Assembly (NCBI GenBank): GCA_038087875.1
Contig: CM075989.1
Coordinates: forward strand, 2,790,001 to 2,854,000
DNA from: Malacoraja senta
Lineage: Eukaryota
DNA length: 64,000 nucleotides
Direction of reading: 5' to 3'
Shown one piece after another: positions 59,501-64,000 of this stretch (within the stretch, counting starts at the first letter, position 1; the number at the start of each line of letters is the position of its first letter). The position numbers and the translations under genes are program-made. Below the pieces are notes generated by a model. That model searched no databases. It was not told the origin of the DNA and saw nothing but the letters and a program-made list of their open reading frames with translations.

Positions 59501-62244
59501 TTACCTGGGCAGTACACAAGTGTCACCATGTTTTTGGGCCGACAAAGATACTACTATTTGTCGAATAGTAGTATCTTTAGCTCCCAGGATTGCCGCTACA
59601 CATGACCACAGGCAGCCCCCTCGCCGGCCCCTCCCCTCCCTCCCCCCCCTTTCAATCTTTCAATCCATTCAATTAAACTTACATTTTTTATTGGGTGGGA
59701 AGGAACAGCAGATGCTGGTTTAAACCCAGACTGAAGAATGGTCGCGACCTGAAACATCACCCATTCCTTCTCTCCAGAGACGCTGCCTGTCCCGCTGAGT
59801 TACTCCAGCCTTTTGTGTCTGTCTTACCTTTTCAATTCCTCTGGTGATATCTTGTATGCAACACTGCTTGTCATCCATTTCAAATTGTGTTTGCTTTTTT
59901 AGATAATCTTTCCCTTTAACCATTTTGTTGCCCCAGACAAGTTACGATTAATAATTGTAAGAAACCAGAATGAATTATAGAGACAGATCACTGCCCCCTT
60001 TCCCCATCAGTGAGTAGCCACTTTTGGCCAGTTAATTGTTTCAAACATCTGGAGATGTAGCTTTCAATTTATTCACCAGTGTTTTATGGCCCATTTTCTC
60101 ATGTGCTCCATATGTATCACAGTGGACCAGAGAATCTCTAAGCCCATTCATTAACTCCATTTACACAGAATTTGACATGATCTTTGCTTTCTGTAAACAT
60201 TGGGCTCATTGCTAAAACGCTTCCTTTAAGTTATTCTATTTTTTTCCATAGTAATACGACAATAACTACCAAGGGAATGCCCCGGGCATTTTTATTCCAA
60301 ATGGGATCTCATCAGTCTTCCTGGAGCTCCAGCCTCTTAATGAGCCTTGGAGTTTCCGCTGCTGCACCTCCTATTCCTGGTTTTCGTTTAGTACCCTCCA
60401 GTGAATATCCATCCCAGCCCTAGTTATGAATATTTTACAAGTTTACATTTATGTCTCTTTGGCCCTTTAACCACTGGGTTTTTTGTGGGGGGGGAAGGAC
60501 TTAAATGCCTGCTTCATCATCTCAGTTCCCAGTTTGATAGATTTTTAATGTATCAGGTACTGATCTAGGTTCCTACCTCTGTAACGTCATCATCCTTAGA
60601 TGCTTGACTCATCATTCATCACCTGTTTCAATTTCATTTTGCAATTTCCCCTTTTCCATCTAATTACTTCTGCAGTTGATTTTCAAGTTTCTAGTCTCCC
60701 TCCTCTCTCCACTTTCCTCCCACATCTCCTCCACACCCGCAAAGTGGCTTAAAATATATTTTCCTTCCTTCCCTGAATTAGTCACTTGGCTGTTTGTTTT
60801 ACCGTTGATTTCCATCTGTTTCAAAAGGTCAGCACTCTAAATGTCAATAGACAATAGACAATAGGTGCAGGAGTAGGCCATTCGGCCCTTCGAGCCAGCA
60901 CCGCCATTCAATGTGATCATGGCTGATCATCCCCAATCAGTACCCCGTTCCTGCCTTCTCCCCATATCCCCTGACTACGCTATCTTTAAGTCCCAGAACG
61001 TCACCAAGGTTTGTTGAAGTGCACACCCCTAAACCAGCGAAGTGCAGAAACTCCGACCTCAACAATTAGCAGCAAGGGAGGCTTCGACATCTTACGAGAA
61101 TACACTGGTCTATGGTTCCCCATTCCCATTCTTCTGTAAGCAGTGGGAACCTCTCATGGGAAATATTATCCAGAATCATATCATAACTAGATCATAAATC
61201 ACTCAAGATGGACACAAAATGCAGGAGTAACACAATGCTATACCGTACTGTCTGTAGTGCTCATGTGGGTTTCCCCCGATGCTCCAGTTTCCTCCCACCT
61301 CCCAAATACATGCATGTTTGTAGATTAATTGGCCTCTGTAAATTGCCCCTAGTGTGTAGGGAGTTCATGCTAAGGTGGAAACGGGTGATCAATGGTTGGC
61401 GTGGACTCGCGATGAAGGGCCTGTTTCTATGATGTATTTCTAAACTAAATGAAATAAAGTGGCGCAGCGGTAATGAATTGGGCAGCTACTTGTTGCAAAT
61501 CACAGGTTTAAAGGGATATGGGCCGGAGCAGAGAACAGAGGGTTAAGGCAAAGGAGATTAGTTTACCTTGGCATCATGTTCACCATGGACATTGTCGACA
61601 GGAGGACCTGATCCTGTGCTGTATTCAAAGATACTTTATTGTCACATGTACCTAGGTACAGTGAAATTCTTTGTTTTACATATAGTTTAGTTTAGTTTAG
61701 AGATACAGCGCGGAAACAGGCCCTTTGGCCCAACGAGTCTGCACCAACCAGTGATCCCCGCACGTTGACAGTTCCCGACACACACTAGGGACAATATTAC
61801 ACATACACCAAGCCAATTAACCTACACACGGTTTTATCCCACGTCTTTGGACTGTGGGAGGAAACCAAAGATCTCGGAGAAAACCCACGCAGGTCACGGG
61901 GAGAACGTACAAACTCCTTACATATAACACCCGCAATCGGGATCGAAATCAGGTCTCTGGCGCTGCAAGTGCAGTAAGGCAGCAACTCTACTGCTGCGCC
62001 ACCTTGCCGTCCGTCCTATATAACCCAGTAAAATCTTGTAGTAGACCTCACCTCAGCAGTACACAAGTGTTGCCACACTACGTTCTATGTAAACCCAGCT
62101 GACTAAGACTACCTTAGATGGGGCATTTTGGTTTTGATTAGCATGGACAGGTTGGATTGAAGGGCATGTTTCTGTTCTGTACTGTTCCATCTTCAATGTT
62201 CTATGTAAACGTGGGCAAAAAGGTTGACATGGACATTGGGCAGT

Positions 62245-62680
62245 CGTAGAGTCATAGAGGGATACAGTGTGAAAACAGGCCCTTCAGCCCAACTTTCCCA
62301 CACTGGCCAACATGTCCCAGCTACACTAGTCCCACCTGCCTGTGTTTGGCCTGTATCCCTCCAAACCTGTCATATCCATGTACCTGTCTAACTGTTTCTT
62401 AATGGTTGGGATAGTCCCAGCCTCAACTACCTGCTCTGGCAGCTTGTTCCATACACCCACCACTCTTTGTGTGAAAAAGGTACCTCTCAGATTCCTATTA
62501 AATCTTTTCCCCTTCACTTTAAACCTATGTCCTCTTGTCCTCAATTCGCCTACCCTGGGCAAGAGACTGGGCATCTACCCGACCTATTCCTCTCATGATT
62601 TTATACATCTCTATAAGATCATCCCTCATCCTCCTGCATTCCAAGGAATAGAGTCCCAGTCTACTCAATCTCTCCCTTTA
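62245..62680 (-). mobile_element. CR1 LINE 3' fragment
   Basis: ORF 62326..62574 RTRGHRFKVKG..FFTQRVVGVWNKLP. Confidence 0.85.
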
Positions 62681-62704
62681 GCTTATTTGTCTCGATCTCA
62701 GCAA

Positions 62705-63372
62705 AGCATTCAACAAGGTTCCACATGTTAGGCTGCTCTGGAAGGTTAGATCTCATGGGATCCAAGGAGAGATAGCTGAATTTGCTTCATGGAAGGAAGG
62801 AGAGGGTGATGGTGGAAGGTTGCTTCTGTGACTGGAGGCCTGTGACTAGTGTAGTGGTGTGCCTCGGGGTTCGGTGCTGGGTCTGTTACTGTTTGCCATC
62901 TCCATCAATGATTTGCATGAGAACGTAAATGGCAATATTAGCAAATTTGCAGATGATCCAAAAGTGGGTGGTTTTGCAGAAAGTGAAGATGGTTGTGAAA
63001 AATAGCAGCAGGGTATTGATCGGTGGGCTGAGGAATGGTTGATGGAATTTAATACAGAGAAATGTGAGGTGTTGCATTTTGGTACGTGTAATATGGACAG
63101 GACCTACACGGTGAAGAGTAGGGATCTGGGGAGTGTTGTAGAGCAGAGGGATCTAGGAGTGCAGGTGCATGGTTCCTTGAAGGTCGAGTCGCAGGTGGTT
63201 AGGGTGGTCAAAAAGGCTTTTGGCACATCGGCCTTCATCAGTCAGAGTATTGCATAAAGAAGTTGGGAGGTCATGTTGCAGTTACAATATATAAGACATT
63301 GATGAGGCTGCTTTGTGTTCAGTTCTGGACACCATGTTATAGGAAAGAGGTTGTCAAGCTGGAAAGGGTACT
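62705..63372 (+). mobile_element. CR1 RT internal fragment, opposite orientation to its neighbour
   Basis: AFNKVPH..GSVLG..KFADD..MEFNTEKCEVLHFG..EQRDLGVQVH. Confidence 0.85.
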
Positions 63373-64000
63373 TTTCAGTACGAGCTCCTTTTAAGTACTT
63401 TTATGTGCTCCTCCTGTTTCCGTGCTGTATCTCTAAACTAAACGAAACTAAACTAATCACGGACATTGTGAGGCAAAGGGCCTGTTCCTGTGCTGTACAT
63501 AAAACACTAGGTGTCGGAGTAACCCAACAGGCCAGGCAGCATCTGTGGCGGGAATGAACAGCCGACATTTCAGGTCGGAAGCATTGGATTTCCCAAGAAG
63601 CAGATAGCGGGTTGCAGTTTAACCTTGTTGATTGTTACGGCTGCTGCACACTCATCTCCAGTTTACAGGAGCTTGTTGTATTTTCTACAGGAGCTGGGGA
63701 ACTACTTTGTAATGAAGACAGACACAAAATGCTGGAGTAACTCAGCAGGAGAGGCAGCATCTCAGGACCTGAACCGTCAGCCATTACTTCTCTCCAGAGA
63801 TGCTGCCGGTGCTGCCGAGTTACTCCAGCATTTTGTGTCTACCTTTGGTGTAAACCAGCATCTGCTGTTCCTTCCTAGACAAGTACTTTGTAATCACAGA
63901 GGGGGAGCAGCAATTTTACAAAAAAGCTGGAGTAACTCAGCGGGACAGGCAGCATCTCTGGAGAGAAGTACTTTGTAATGTGGTTCAAAAGTTAGCCAGT

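Overview
Repeat-dense, apparently non-genic 64 kb of vertebrate DNA, most likely an elasmobranch (skate/ray/shark), inferred from HE1-like tRNA/V-domain SINEs with CR1-type tails. I could not support any host protein-coding exon. Main contents: (1) a degenerate but structurally complete DIRS1-type tyrosine-recombinase retrotransposon (33149-37917, minus) with ITRs, an internal complementary region and an AAT crossover core; (2) a Tf1/sushi-type chromoviral LTR element (44848-50618) lacking RT/RNase H, with a self-priming PBS and a young CR1 in its 5' LTR; (3) a Mag-like Ty3/gypsy element (51510-56178) with 216-bp LTRs; (4) many Penelope-derived short repeats carrying a minimal hammerhead-ribozyme motif; (5) non-autonomous Helitron, hAT, P-like and Harbinger-like DNA elements; (6) dozens of SINE, CR1, Rex1/Babar and Tx1 fragments; (7) a 1.65-kb 16-bp minisatellite, a 200-N gap, and several unique homeodomain-motif-rich blocks that may be conserved enhancers. 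All family assignments are from motif recognition by eye, without database searches; boundaries of fragments are approximate.
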